Counted from the stretch's first letter, positions 23,325-35,569 are shown. The stretch: DNA of 64,000 bases from Lama guanicoe (GCA_013239625.1 MU053881.1:4423957-4487956); one strand, 5' to 3'. The notes: generated by a model not told the origin, from the sequence alone. Made by a program: numbers and translations.

Positions 23325-23620
23325 CCAAAGCCAGACTCACGGACGTAGAAAACAAAGTATGGTTACCAAAGGGGAAAGGGCAGGGAGGGATAAATTAGGG
23401 GCTGGGGACTAACAGACACACATTACTATATATAAAACAGATAAACAACAAGGACCTACTGTAGAGCATAGGGAGCTATATTCGGTTTCTTGTAATAACA
23501 TAATGGAAGAGAATCTGAAAAGAAAAAAATATATATGTATGTATATGTATAACTGAATCACTTTGCTGTACACCTGAAACTAACACTGTAAATCAATTAC
23601 ACTTGAATAAATTTTTTTTA
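23325..23620 (+). mobile_element. Artiodactyl/camelid-type L1 3' end
   Basis: 'agactcacggacgtagaaaacaaagtatggttaccaaagggg...actgaatcactttgctgtacacctgaaactaacactgtaaatcaattacacttgaataaa'. Confidence 0.9.
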
Positions 23621-23679
23621 ACATTATACGTTTGATGTTTACGTAACTCCTTAGGGAGTACTGCTTTACCAGGAAAATC

Positions 23680-23835
23680 ATACGCATCATCTCTACTCCT
23701 CACAACAGCTCCACTGGCTAGGTTTTGTTTCCCCATTTCACAGATGTGGGGACTGAGGCTCAGAGACATGAAGTTACTTGCCTAGTGTCACAGAGACAGA
23801 AGTGTAGGGAGGCAGCCCTGGAGTCCAGGTTCGCA
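23680..23835 (-). mobile_element. MIR SINE
   Basis: 'ccccatttcacagatgtggggactgaggctcagagacatgaagttacttgcctagtgtcacag'. Confidence 0.85.
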
Positions 23836-24249
23836 TGATGCCACCTCTCTGCTGCCTCCTTTCTAGAATTTCCAGACCCAGAGGAACCTGAGAGAGTGGT
23901 CAGAGAGCTGGCTGAGTTCGGAGCTGCCTGTGGCTGCTGAAGAGTTTATTTAAAGAAAGAGCCATGCAGGGAATGGGGAACATGACCATGGCTGCAAAGA
24001 CCAGCTGGGCCCTGGGGGGCTCAATGGAGCCACCCAGCCATCAACAGCCCCTGCACAATAGATCCGCTGACCCTGTGGTCAGAGGTGAGCCCCAGAGGTC
24101 ACTGGCCCCTGGCCGAGGAGCAGGAGCACAGACCTATGGGGACCACACAGGGAGGGGAGCGAGGCTCTGAGCTCAGACGGACAACCTCAAGGCCCACTGG
24201 GAATCTGTCTCAGGTCTTTGGGGTCAGACTTAGATTCGTATGCACCCAG

Positions 24250-24830
24250 CTTGGGTTATGTGCCTGCTGTTTGCTTGGTACTTTCACACGCGTCTTTTCA
24301 CCAATCCTCAGTCACCCTTCAAGAACAGTACTATTCATATCCCCATTTAGAGAGAAGGAGAGGCCTAGAGAGGTTAAGTGTCCGACCCAAGCTCACACAG
24401 CTACTTCGTAGAATTCTACTCAGTACAGCGTAGCATCCATCCATTCATACGGTAAATGTTTCTGACCTGTCTGAATGGCCCAGGCTCTGTTCTAAGCACT
24501 TGGAATTCATAGATAAACAAAACGGACACAGTCCCCTCCGCATGGAGCTGACGTTCAAGGCCACAGTGCCAGAATCAGTGCAGTTATAACCAAAACTAAG
24601 CCCCAGTTCTTGCCTTCAGGGTGATACAGTCTAGTGGAGGAGACGCATAGACAGCAAATTTAAAAGCACCAGGGAAAGTTCTGGGTCCTTTGATTAACAA
24701 AGGGCTGTGAGAACAAAGGGTGGGCATCAGGAAGGCTTCCTGGAGGTGGTGTTTCCTGAAATGAGCCCTGCAGGATTAGTCAGGGTCAGTAAAGTCATTC
24801 CAGGTAGAATTCACAGCAAAGAATGGAGCC
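24250..24830 (-). mobile_element. MIR (~24250-24405) then L2 fragments
   Basis: 'tatccccatttagagag...gaggttaagt'; 'catccattcatacggtaaatgttt...catcaggaaggcttcctggaggtggtg'. Confidence 0.7.
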
Positions 24831-25261
24831 GAAACATGATCTCTTTTGGCTGCTGCACCCTGAGGCCTTGAAGAAGCTGCCCAGACTTGACTTGTTCTCC
24901 CAAGTACAGCTTGAGCAAAGACCCAGAGGCAGGAAGCAGGCCTTCTGTTCAAGGAACTCTGCTTCTGGCTACAAAGGTCAGGGATCAACGTGGCTAAAGA
25001 GGAGAATGGGCTCAGATGGCCTCAGGCTTTCAGTTTCAAGCAGGAAAGTGGCCCAATGACAAGTGGTTTAGAAGATCCCTCTGGGGTTGAGTAGAGGCTG
25101 AAGTGGAGGGGGGAGGGGGGGCGGGGAGGGAGCTGCAGGGGCATCCAGGCAACGACAGCGGCAGCGGGACTGGGAGGGGGGCTACTCCAAGCCCAGTGCT
25201 CTGAATATTGTTTCATAATTTGTTTTTTTAGAGGCAAATTTATCCCTGCATATTAAAATAC

Positions 25262-25452
25262 AGAAAGAAGAAAAAGAGAGCGAGAGAAAGAAAGGAAGAA
25301 AGAAAGAAAGAAGAGAGAGAGAGAAGGAAGGGAGGAAAGAAAGAAAGAGAGAAAGGAAGGAAGGAAGGAAGGTAGGAAGGAAGGAAGGAAGGGCGAAATG
25401 AATGAATCAGGGAGGGAGGGAGGAGAAAGGAAGGAAGGAAGAAAGAAAACAG
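25262..25452. repeat. Polypurine (GAAA/GGAA/GAGA)n tract
   Basis: 'gaaagaaagaaag', 'ggaaggaaggaaggaaggtaggaaggaaggaaggaag'. Confidence 0.9.
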
Positions 25453-25695
25453 AAGGTGGGGAGAAACATATCCAACAGCAAAGTCAAGCCGACCACGCCC
25501 TGCGTTTCACTTTGGTCTCTTCTCCTTGTTTTGCCTTCCGTGTTTATCAAATGCAAATGTGTCTCTAAACAACATAGTGCAGATTTTCTTGTTTTCAAGT
25601 TTGATTAAAAACGCATCTTAGATCCTCTGCCGCTTGCATTTTAAGTTCAGTATCCTGTGTCTCCTACTGATCCATGTTGATGCACGTGGGTGTAG

Positions 25696-26822
25696 TTTTT
25701 ATTTTTAACTGAAGTATAGTTGATGTGCACTAATATTATATGTTACAGGGGTACAATTTAGTGATTCACAATTTTTAAAGGTTATACTACATTTATAATT
25801 ATTATAAAACATTGGCACAGGGAGGGTATCTCTGTGGTAGAATGCATGCTTAACATGCACAGGGTCCTGGGTTCAATCCCCAGTGTCTCCATTAAAAAAA
25901 ATTTTTTTTTAAACAATGGCTATATTCTCCACATTGTATAATATATCCTTGTGGCTTATTTTATACCTAGTAGTTTGTGCCTCCCACTCTCTCATCCCTA
26001 TATTGCTCCCCGCTCCCGCCCCTGCGGACCACTAGTTTATTCTCTGTATCTGTGAGTCTGCTTCTTTTTTGTTATATTCACTAGTTTGTTGTATTTTTTA
26101 GATTCCACATATAAGTAATATCATACAGTATTTGTCTTTCTCTGTCTTTTTTCCCTTAGCGTAATACCCTCCAAGTCCACCCATGTTGCTATAAATGGCA
26201 TTATTTCATTCTTTTTTATGGCTGAGTAGTATTCTATGTATATATATACCACAGCCCCTCTATTCATTCACCTGTCGATGGACACTTACGCTGCTTCCAT
26301 ACCAAGGCTACTATAAATTGTGCTGCTACGAACATTGGGATGCATGTATCTTTTCGAATTATTTTTTTTTCCTTCGGATGTATACCCAGGAGTGGAATTG
26401 CTGGGTCCTGTAGTAGTTCCATTTGTAGGAGTTTGAGAAGCCTCCATCCTGTCGTCCACAGTGGCTGCACCAATTCACATTCCCATCAGCAATGTGCAAG
26501 GGTTCCCTTTTCTCCACATCCCTGCCAACATTTGTTATTTGTGTTCCTTTCGATGATAGCCACTGTGACCGATGTGAGGTGATACCTCATTGCGGCTTTG
26601 ATTTGCATCTCCCTGGTGATTGGCGATGCCGAGCATCTTTTCATGTGCCTGTCGGCTATCTGCATTTCCTCTTTGGAAAAAATGTCTATGGAATTGTTCT
26701 GCCCATTTCTTAATCAGATTGTTTTTGGGTTTTTTTTTTTTTGATGCTGAGTGGTATGAGCTGTTTATATATAATGAATATTAACCCTAATCAGTCATAT
26801 CTTTTGCAAATATTTTTTCCTA
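25696..26822 (-). mobile_element. Younger ~1.1 kb 5'-truncated L1 (3' UTR and ORF2 end)
   Basis: 'tttttaactgaagtatagttgat', 'ttagattccacatataag', 'ggagtggaattgctgggtc', 'tctccacatccctgccaacattt'. Confidence 0.9.
25819..25909 (+). mobile_element. Camelid tRNA-derived SINE (Vic-1 type) nested in L1
   Basis: 'gggagggtat...gtggtagaatgcatgcttaacatgcacagggtcctgggttcaatccccagtgtctccattaaaaaaaa'; TSD-like aaacattggc / aaacaatggc. Confidence 0.85.
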
Positions 26823-27299
26823 GTATGCAGCTGTGGTTTATTCGCTCTCACACATATCTGGTGTCTTCCACTGTGATATATAACCCAGCTCATCTACCCA
26901 TTCTCCTGTCGGCAGGCCTTGGGCGGCATCCAGGAGTTCGCCACCTCAAACAGTACTGGGACCGCCATTCGTGTGCACCACTCGGGGGCACCTGTGCATG
27001 AGCCTCTCAGGGAAACCTCGGGGTGGAACTGCTAGGCTGGAGGACCAGGCAGCCCCCACACGGGCTTTGGTGCCAGCACCCTGGGAGCCCAGGCCCAGGC
27101 CAGCCCCCCGGTCATCTCCCAGGACTCAGTGGGCACCCCAGATGCCCCTCATCTGCCAGCAAGACCAGCAGCCCTCCAGCTGGCTACTAATTAGGTCACG
27201 AGAGAGCATCGCTCTCGCACTCTAAGTTTGCTCCATTTCCTTCAGCACTTGAGCCTGGGGAGGCTCTGTTCACAAGCCACTGGGCCCCAGGGAGGTGGC

Positions 27300-27520
27300 A
27301 ATAATAGCAGCTGTCAAGCTGATGCACGCCAGGTACTGTTCAGATCCCCTTACGTGTACATTAACTCAATCTGGAGAATAGCACGAGGCCCGTAAGGCTT
27401 TATTCCCATTTTACAGATCAGAAACCAAAGCACAGAAAGTAGAGGCTCTTTCCCAGAGGAACACGTGCTAATAAGTGATGAGATAAGGCTTCAAACCCTG
27501 GCAGCCTGGCCCTGACTCTC
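27300..27520 (-). mobile_element. MIR SINE
   Basis: 'attcccattttacagatcagaaaccaaagcacagaaag'. Confidence 0.8.
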
Positions 27521-29719
27521 CCTACCACTCTGCTAGCCTATCTCCCAAAAGATGGAGAGACCCAACCTTGCCCATTTGTGAATCCATCAGCATTCTTTGA
27601 CTCGGAAAAAAAAAAAAGGAAGAGAAAGAAAAAAAGAAACAGAATTCAAATGGATGAACATAAGCAAAAAGGGAGACTTAGTGGATGACAAAAATAAATC
27701 CAGAAAAGACAGGTAGGAAGCAGACACCAGGGCCCACTGGGGGCAGGGAGGCAAACACGCGCAGAAACCTCTCCATCCCCGCCTTGACATCTCTGGATGC
27801 GCTGCCTCTGTGAGGGGGCAGGAACGCGGCTGCCTACAGCTTTCCCTTTGCTTCTAACACATCCACCCACTCCTGCTAAAAAACGAAAGCTAAACAAATA
27901 GATAAACCAAACAGGGAAGGATGCTCATTAGCTCCACCTGGGCCTCCGTCCCTTCCTGGAGCGACACAGTAACCCGGGGAGGCTGGGTGCTGGCGTTGGT
28001 GCAGGGAGGATCACGGGGTGCAGCCCACAACCACAGGAAGGGGCCCGAGTGCGGGCGGGGCAACTGGGCCACAACGCTGGCGTCACGGACTACCGGCGCC
28101 CTGTCCGTGCCCAGCGATGGGAGAAGACTTGGCGGTCCCGGCCATCCCTCTGGACATTCATCACCGCACAGCCAGCTCCTCCTTCCTGAGCGAGGCCTGG
28201 GTCCTCACGCAGGATTCAACTAGACTGAAAATTCCCCTTTTAATAGCTTTCTATTCAGCATTCAGGGAAAAGAACTTTCATCCTGGTTTTTTTAACCAAC
28301 AAAAGCCTTCTTTCATACACCTCACCCATGCAGGGCCCTGGGACCAGCAGAAGCATGGACATTATCCAGGGCTCAGGGGAGCCGCAGAGCCTCAGGAGTG
28401 GGGTGGGGGTCCCCTCCTGGCCTGCTGCTTACAAGCGCTGCAATCTGGGGTGCCACTCACCCCGGCCATGCTGGGGAGGCAAGTGTACGGCCTCATCCTC
28501 AGGAGAGTTGCCTCAGTGCACAGGGAAGGGAAGCAGAAAGCCGGGCAGGGGATGCATGAGTTGACATGAGAAAATCCTGTGTGGGCTGGCCTGGCCCCTC
28601 ACTGCCCATCTGAGGGCACCCAACCTGCAGCCAGCCCTGCGCTCTGGCCACCCCTGTGGACCCCGGCAAAGATCTGAGGTGTCCTCAGTGAAACCAGGTC
28701 AGAAAGCATTCGAGAAGCAATTTGGGGAGTCCGGCAGACACAAATATGGACAGCAGAACAAAGCAGACCTGTCGGCCAAGGAAATTCAATCCACTTACAC
28801 CCAGGAGCTCCCTTGTGCCGGAGAAGAAAGGGCGCTTTCACGGGCCTGGCCCTGGCTGCTGGCAAAATGGGTCCTGCAGGTGCCCTGCCCTCTCTCCAAG
28901 CACCTGCCCCTGGGATCTGCCGGCCCCCCAGCCTGGGGGTGGATGTGGGGAAGGGACCCCCTCCTTGGGCCACAGAGGAGACGGGAGGGGAAGAGGGGCA
29001 CAGGAAAAGCCCCGGGCAGTGAGTGGCTTCAAGGTTAAGGTTCTGGAGATAAAAAAAGACAATGTGTGTTTGTCATGGAAATTGGCTCATGGACAGATTA
29101 AATTTAGGAGTGACTGGGGCAGATACGCAGAGAAGCATGTTTCCTTAATGAGCCGTCTTTATTTAACTGCTTAATCATTTACTGGGCAAAAAAATCTGGA
29201 GGTGACTTCAAAAGTCACGAGGATGAAGACAGTGACTAATTGTACACTGTCAAGCGGCTTCAGGGCCCAGCTCCCGTGACATCGCCTTGTCACCCCGATG
29301 GGGTGAGGATGGGCTGCCCTGACCCCCAGGGGAACCCACATGTGGCCCGGCTGTTAGGCTGGGGAACAACTGTCTTGGCCATTTCCGTTTCCTGACAGGG
29401 AGGTGATGGGGAGGGGCGGAGCTGATGTGGGTGGGGCTTCCTCCTCTGGCCCTGACCCTACCTCCCGCCAACCTCCTGTGTTCCTTCACTTCTCAGCCAG
29501 CCATCCGTTCATGCATTCATTCAACAAAGTGGTTTCAAGCAACCAATATATGTCCTGAAGCACGGTGTTGAAAAAGTCCATTGTGGGAGTTGCTTTCTTG
29601 AAGCTTCTTTACAGCCCGGCGGCAGAGGCAGGCTTGGATCCAGGGAGCCCAGAATTGTATCGTTACACACCACCATCAGGGCACTGAAGAAAGAGTGAAG
29701 AAACCTGGGTCCAGAGGGA

Positions 29720-30055
29720 AGAGGGAGGGATGAATGGGTGGAGATCTGGCATTTTTAGGGCGGGGAAACTATTCTGTCTGACACTGTCTCGGTGGATACA
29801 GGCATGATGAGTTTGTCAAAACCCAGGGTGTACAACACAGAGGGAACCCTAATGGAATCTATGGACTTTAGTTAATAATAATGTACCAGCATCGGTTCAG
29901 CAATCGTAAGGGCACTGTCCACTAATGCAAGATGTTAGAAACAGGGAAAGCCAGGGGCGGGGTGGGGGAGCGAGCACGTGGGAACTCCCTGTACTTCCTG
30001 GGCAATTTTTTCCGTAAACCTGAAACTGCTCAGAAAAATAAAATTTATTTTTAAA
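29720..30055 (+). mobile_element. L1MC-type 3' end
   Basis: 'atttttagggcggggaaactattctgt...tttgtcaaaaccca...ctatggactttagttaataataatgtac...gtaaacctgaaactgctcagaaaaataaa'. Confidence 0.85.
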
Positions 30056-30574
30056 TAAGCGAAGACGACTATGAAAGACTATAATAGGGGGCTTTATCTA
30101 CATTTGGGCATCAGCAGAGATGCTGCTTGAAACCGTAATCTGGTTGATGGTCATTTGGCCATGGCCGCTTATCTGCCTGCAGGGATGGGAGGGAACCACT
30201 GTTTTCAGTGAACAGAACAGGCACTGCCCACCTGTTCTACTTGCTGTGGGAGTAGGGGGGAGGGGGTGCATTCTCCTAGGGATGCACCAGGACCAAGATG
30301 GAAAGAGGCAAGAAGAAAGGAATGTACATACGTCGAAACAATAGAGCCAGCATAGTATTATAATTTTATATTTGTGGGGAAAGTCTAATACAAATTGTGG
30401 GAAAGCCAGATCAAGTATTCTTGGTTGGTGGATGTGCATGAACTATTTATCATCGGGCCATGGAGAGGCGGAGACTTTGAGGAAGAAGGCAGAGATTTTT
30501 GCATTGAGCACAAGAGGACACAGACTAGGGAAGGGTGAGAAACGCTGTGCTGTCACAGGTGATCCCACCACCAA

Positions 30575-30700
30575 CATGCGAGCAAGATGACATGGCTCCC
30601 ACTTTCCAGAAGAGGAAACTGGGGCTCAATCAGTTTAAGTCGCATGTCTGTGTCACACAACTAAAGAGTTACAGAGGTAGAATTTGAACCCCAACAAGTC
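30575..30700 (-). mobile_element. MIR fragment
   Basis: 'gaggaaactggggctca...gtcacacaact...agaatttgaacccca'. Confidence 0.7.
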
Positions 30701-31275
30701 CCATGAATTCAGTAGTCATTATTCCAAGTGCAGGGAGCTCCAGAGGACACCAGTAACAGTCCTTGGGAGACAAGAAGTCACAGCCCAGAGTCAGCAGGTC
30801 AGCAAGTCACCCTGTGCTGCATGGCGCGCATGGGACGGCAGCAGTGGGAACCCCACGGGGTACGTTCCAGGGGAGAAGGGGACCTGGGATCTTGATGCTG
30901 TTCAGAAGCCGGAGGCGTCAGCCCAGGAAGCAGGGTGACTGATCTGGAAGTCACTCACGTGGGGCACTGTCGACCAAGCCCAGGCTGAGCCGAGGTGCAG
31001 GCTGTTCTAGGTGTTACAAAGTTTTATAGAGCTAAGAAGGGAGGCAGGGCCTAATCGATTTCAGTTAACCCTTCAGGAATTTCAGGTTATCTGTTTTTTC
31101 GTTTTTTCTTTGAAGGAGCTAATTAAAGCATTTGGTAGGTGATTCCAAATGCATGTTTCCCTCTTCCTCCTAAAAGCAGGAGCAAGAGGACTTCCAAAGG
31201 GCTAAACGTCATTCGCCATGTGAGGACGTGAAAACAAGAAACATCTGCGACCATCACAGGGCAGCACGACCTCCT

Positions 31276-31480
31276 CAGTGCTGTCCTGCTGGACTCCGCC
31301 ACGGGGGACATGTCCCCTGCCTGCCCTGTCCAATGTGGTAGCCACAGGCCACACGTGTCTGTCAAGCACTGGAAATGTGGCTGCCACACCAGAGAAACTG
31401 CATGCGTCATTGTAATTTAAATAAATCAGGTTAATTAAATAGCCACATGTGCCGAATGGCTCCGTCTTCGGACAGGGCAG
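31276..31480. mobile_element. MER3 (hAT-Charlie MITE)
   Basis: 'cagtgctgtcc', 'ctgtccaatgtggtagccacaggccacacgtg', 'aaatagccacatgtg...ggacagggcag'. Confidence 0.85.
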
Positions 31481-32029
31481 ACTTAGACATATCCCTTCTG
31501 AGGGCTGAAACCTCTCTCCCTTTTAGTCCAAATTCTTATTCTCACCAAAGTAGCCATGACAGCACCTCAGCTCCCCAGGACGGTCCCCTGTCACGAGCCT
31601 TTCACGCCTGCCAAATTGGCAGAAACCATGGGAAGGATGGGCTGGGAGAGGCCTCAGAGGAGGACCCCTATGGCCCAGAGAGGAAAGGTGACTTTCCCAA
31701 GGTCTCCCAGCCTCTCAGGGGCCAAATGGGATGGGATCTGAGGCCCCCGTTCTCAGAAGGTGGTCCTGCTGGGAACTTTGAGCTGTAACATATAAACATT
31801 CACCGTCAACAAACAAACATATATATCAAGGCCCAGCCATACGGCAGACCCTGTGCCAGCCTTGGGGACACAGTATTAAACACAGCAGATGGGACCCCTT
31901 CCTGCTCCCTCCACAGGTCCCAGCCCAGAAAACAATATTTCTCTTCCAGGAGACCAACAACTGCTCAGCAGCATTTTAAGGAAGGGGAGAGGGAGGATGC
32001 AGTCGGAGGAGTGGACAGAGGCCTGGGTT

Positions 32030-32140
32030 TGAGGTTAGCCAGCCTCACTTCTAAATCCTTGCTCTGTCCCAAATGGGTGACATTTGGCAGAAGCCCTTCT
32101 GAGCCTCAGTTTGTGCGTCTGTAAAATGGGAATGATGGGA
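32030..32140 (+). mobile_element. MIR fragment
   Basis: 'tctgagcctcagtttgtgcgtctgtaaaatgggaatgat'. Confidence 0.75.
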
Positions 32141-32946
32141 ACGTTGCATCTTCTCTATGACAGGGCATGGGGTCTGTGCCCAGCCTGGGGTGATGCTCTG
32201 TGATCGACGGTTTCCTTTTCCTTCACCTGGTGGAAATGTGAAGGGTGGGGAGGGGAGGTTGATCGGGGATTTATCTGGCTGGCCAGCCTGGGCAGACTTT
32301 GATCACAAGAGAAGGAAGGAAGGGCCTGTAATTGATTGTCACCAGGTTCCCTTCAGAGCATGCAACACTCTAGATGGTGGAATGGAAGGAAACAGACCCC
32401 CTCTGCCCTGAGCCTCCCGGCTCCTCATTTGCCCCAGGTTCTGGCCCTTTAGGCTGCCTATCCCTGCTTGGGGTTCCTCTGTGCAAGCACGAGTCAGCTT
32501 CAAGGGGGGATCCAAGCCAGCCCTCAGAAAGGCCAGGCCAGCCTGCGCACATGGCCACTCCTCGGGAGCCCACCATGGCCCAAGCCAAGGCCTGCAGGAG
32601 AATGTGGGCGACCTCCTGGGGCCACAACAGAGACGGCTCCTTAGAAGCAGCACTGACACAGTTCTCTGTGTTCTTTCTGGTGGAGGCAAAATCAAAATGT
32701 AACATCCGCCTCACCGAGGCCACATCTTTGGTTGGCAAATCAAAGACATGGGCTGAGTCCTGGCTCTGTGACCTTCCTGAAATGGACAAGTTGCCTCTTT
32801 TCCAGTCCCACATCCTAGCTAGGAGCCTTTAGGAAAAGTAAATTCAGCTGTCCAAGCCTCAGTTTCCTCTTCAGAAAAAAATGGGGATGAAAATATGTGC
32901 CTCTTACACTTGGGTAGTACAGGCTTACAGCACGTATTCCCTAGAC

Positions 32947-33134
32947 CAGCGGTTCTCAAAGTGGGGTCCTTGGACCTGGAGCATCAGCCACACCTGGGAA
33001 CTTGCTAGAAATGCAAATTCTTGGGTTCTACCCCAGATCTATTGCATCATAACTCGAAATCGGGTCTAGCAATCTGTGAGTTTTAACAAGATCTCCAGGG
33101 GTTTCTGAAACTTGCTCACGTTTTCAAGGCCCTG
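32947..33134. mobile_element. MER5A (hAT-Charlie MITE)
   Basis: 'cagcggttctcaaagtggggtcc...cacctgggaacttgctagaaatgcaaattcttggg...ttttaacaagatctccagg'. Confidence 0.9.
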
Positions 33135-33219
33135 CGCTAAGTGGTAGCTGTCTGGGGGGCCTCCGATGTTCTCAGAATCCCCTCTAGCTCCTGGTCTGAC
33201 CGTAGCTGTCCAAGGCTAG

Positions 33220-33430
33220 GGCATGGGGATCAAACAGAGCTGGGAGAGGTCCTGGTGCCTGCACTTCTAGCCTGTGGCTTTAGGCAAGCTGGTGGCTCTC
33301 TCTGAGCCTCAGTTTCCTAATCTTTGAAATGGGAGTGACGCCTGTCTGGCAGTTTGCCACAAGGTGCTGGATGTAATTATCTCAGTGCCGGGAACACAGG
33401 AAGAGCTCAGGAACGGGTAGTTACTATTGT
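33220..33430 (+). mobile_element. MIR SINE
   Basis: 'ctctctgagcctcagtttcctaatctttgaaatggg'. Confidence 0.75.
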
Positions 33431-34149
33431 TGTTGGTTTTCTTCTTAAACAATCAGATTCCAGGGATTTTTGTTCTTAAAAAGGGTCAAGTTTCCCTGGC
33501 ATGAATCCCCGCCCACCCTGCCATCATTCCCCAAATAAGGATCCCATACGGACTGGTGAGTAAATTGCCAAAGGGCCCTCTGCTACCCATCAGAAGAACC
33601 CTTTCCGCGTCTGAATGAGGCAGAGGATTTCAATTACCCAGGACTACAAAGGAGGACCTCGGATGCACCATATGGCCTGGGCCTGGCCGCCCCGACGTTC
33701 TGCATGATTGGAGGCTCTTGTGTGAGATATTAACATAATATCCCTTCCAAAAGCGATTACAGAGTTGCAGGCAGCAGAATGTCATTTGGTGGCCGCAGTC
33801 CGCTCTCATCAGCAGCAATGACTAAACAAGCTAATCAAATCAGCACAAATTTGCACACGGGCCTGGCAGCTGGGCCTGAAATCACTGTGGCAAAGGCATA
33901 ATCCTACCGTCGGGTGACTTAACTAATGGGCTCCCGGTGGGCTGCCTGGCAGTCTGTAGGGTGAGGGCGGTTGCACCCACAGACAGCCAGGGCCAGGGTC
34001 CCGGAAGGGACGGAGGCCAGGTTAGCAAACAGCAAACAGAGGGAGAGGAGCACGAAGGGCTGGAACCTTTCATCAGCGTCTCCAACCTCACCATGTGCCT
34101 GTGTGTGTGGAGAGGGAGGGACAGAGAGACACTGGCTGCCACATGCACC

Positions 34150-34290
34150 GAGAATATGGGCTCCAGAGGCTGCCTTGGTTCCCGTTTTAGTTCTGTCATT
34201 TGCTGTGTGCCCCTGAGCAAGATGCTTACCATCTCTGAGCTCAGTGTCATTCATAAAATGGGGATACCCAGTGAGTGTTCAGTAAAAGCA
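34150..34290 (+). mobile_element. MIR fragment
   Basis: 'gctgtgtgcccctgagcaagatgcttaccatctctgagctcagt...aaaatggggata'. Confidence 0.75.
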
Positions 34291-34291
34291 A

Positions 34292-34305
34292 TTGTTGTTT
34301 TGTTG

Positions 34306-34354
<49 letters not shown>
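34292..34354. repeat. Compound (TTG)n(TTA)~15 microsatellite
   Basis: Uninterrupted tta run at ~34309-34353, preceded by ttg units. Confidence 0.95.
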
Positions 34355-34356
<2 letters not shown>

Positions 34357-34640
34357 TGTTCAACAAACTTCACGTGGGCCTTCTAAATGCCAGGCTCTAG
34401 ACTCTGGGAATGCCAAGTTAAGGATACCACTGCCCTTCCTTCAAGGGGTGCATAATGTAACAGGGGCAATGGCTGAGTAACTAGACAGTGACAGTATCCC
34501 ATGACAAGTGCTGTGACAGAAAGAGCATGTGGCTGAGAGCACAGAGCAGGGGCACTCAGCCTCGGGGACCCGAGAAATTATCCGAGAAGAGATGGTACTC
34601 CAGCTGAGCTGGGGAAGGTGGGCCTGGGGTTACGCAGGAG
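34355..34640 (-). mobile_element. L2 3' end
   Basis: 'ttcaacaaact...aatgccaggctct...atgacaagtgctgtgacaga'. Confidence 0.65.
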
Positions 34641-35030
34641 AATGACAACAGAGGCAGGGCCGGGAAGTCAGAGACACGGCCGCCTGGCCAGGCGTCAGGG
34701 GTCTCCCGAGGGGCAGACAGACACCTGCTGCCCAGATCAGCCCGGCGGGGAAATCTGCCCAGAGGCGGGGGGCTTCTCAAGTCTGAGACAAGATCAGAAG
34801 GTACAGCCACGTCCAAGGAGGCTGGCATAAACGGACACACGCTATGGGAGAACTCCATCCACCACATCTTGGTCTCCAGGCTTATAAACAATAGAGGAAG
34901 CCAAGGGACGCTGTCAGATAGCCACAGGAGAGAAAAGTGGTCGGAAGTTGCCTGCTCGCCCCGCCTTGCTGCCTGCCTCTGGGCAAAACCCTTCTCAGCT
35001 TCCATCAACAGCGCTGGAGGGTCGCTGGCT

Positions 35031-35559
35031 CAGTGCCTCCCGCCTTCAGTCACCTCCCTTCTGCTTCAAAAGTTGCCACACCCACGAAACCCTGCGTGAT
35101 TACTGACTTAATATTTGTCCCTAAAACAGAGGCACTCCCTTTTGAAAACATACTTGCTAATTTAAACAAAAACTTTCTAACACTACCGTAACTGAGAAGC
35201 CAGTACCTCTGGCCACTGATAGAAGAGAAGCCATAGACCACACAAGGTGACACATCCCTCGTTAGACGCTGTCACTTCCTGAAGACTCCGGGCCTCAGTT
35301 CTGGGGTGAGCGGCTGGGAGGAGATTAGCAGGTGTTCCGGGAGGTGTTTAAGACAGCCCAGCACCAAGGTGAGACTTTACCAAGCTGAGGCTCTCTCCCG
35401 ACATAATCACAAGGGTTGAAGGAGACCGGAAAGGGAATCCATGCCTCGTTGGTTAATTCAATGTCATTGAGTACCAGGTATGTGTCATTCAGTACCTGTT
35501 CCACCAGGGAGGTGGCGCACACACTTGGTACTAACTGCCCTGTTCTTTGGGAAACGCTG
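35031..35559. mobile_element. hAT-Charlie non-autonomous element (MER113-like)
   Basis: Degenerate termini 'cagtgcctccc' ... 'tttgggaaacgctg'; internal 'acactaccgtaactgagaagccagtacc', 'gagattagcaggtgtt', 'cagcaccaaggtgagacttt'. Confidence 0.55.
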
Positions 35560-35569
35560 GCCCCAATAA

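Larger units (their letters stand above)
25590..27035 (-). mobile_element. Old L1ME host element split by a younger L1 (pieces ~25590-25695 and ~26823-27035)
   Basis: 'gatccatgttgatgcacgtgggtgtagttt' resumes as 'cagctgtggtttattc...ctacccattctcctgtc...gggtggaactgctagg'. Confidence 0.6.

Noticed and set aside
33937..34480. ORFs with poly-Leu and poly-Tyr runs resembling a transmembrane or signal segment
   Set aside because: These are translations of the (TTA)n microsatellite.
35080..35220. AT-rich stretch first taken for a conserved enhancer beside arm B
   Set aside because: It appears to be internal sequence of the MER113-like hAT element at 35031-35559.
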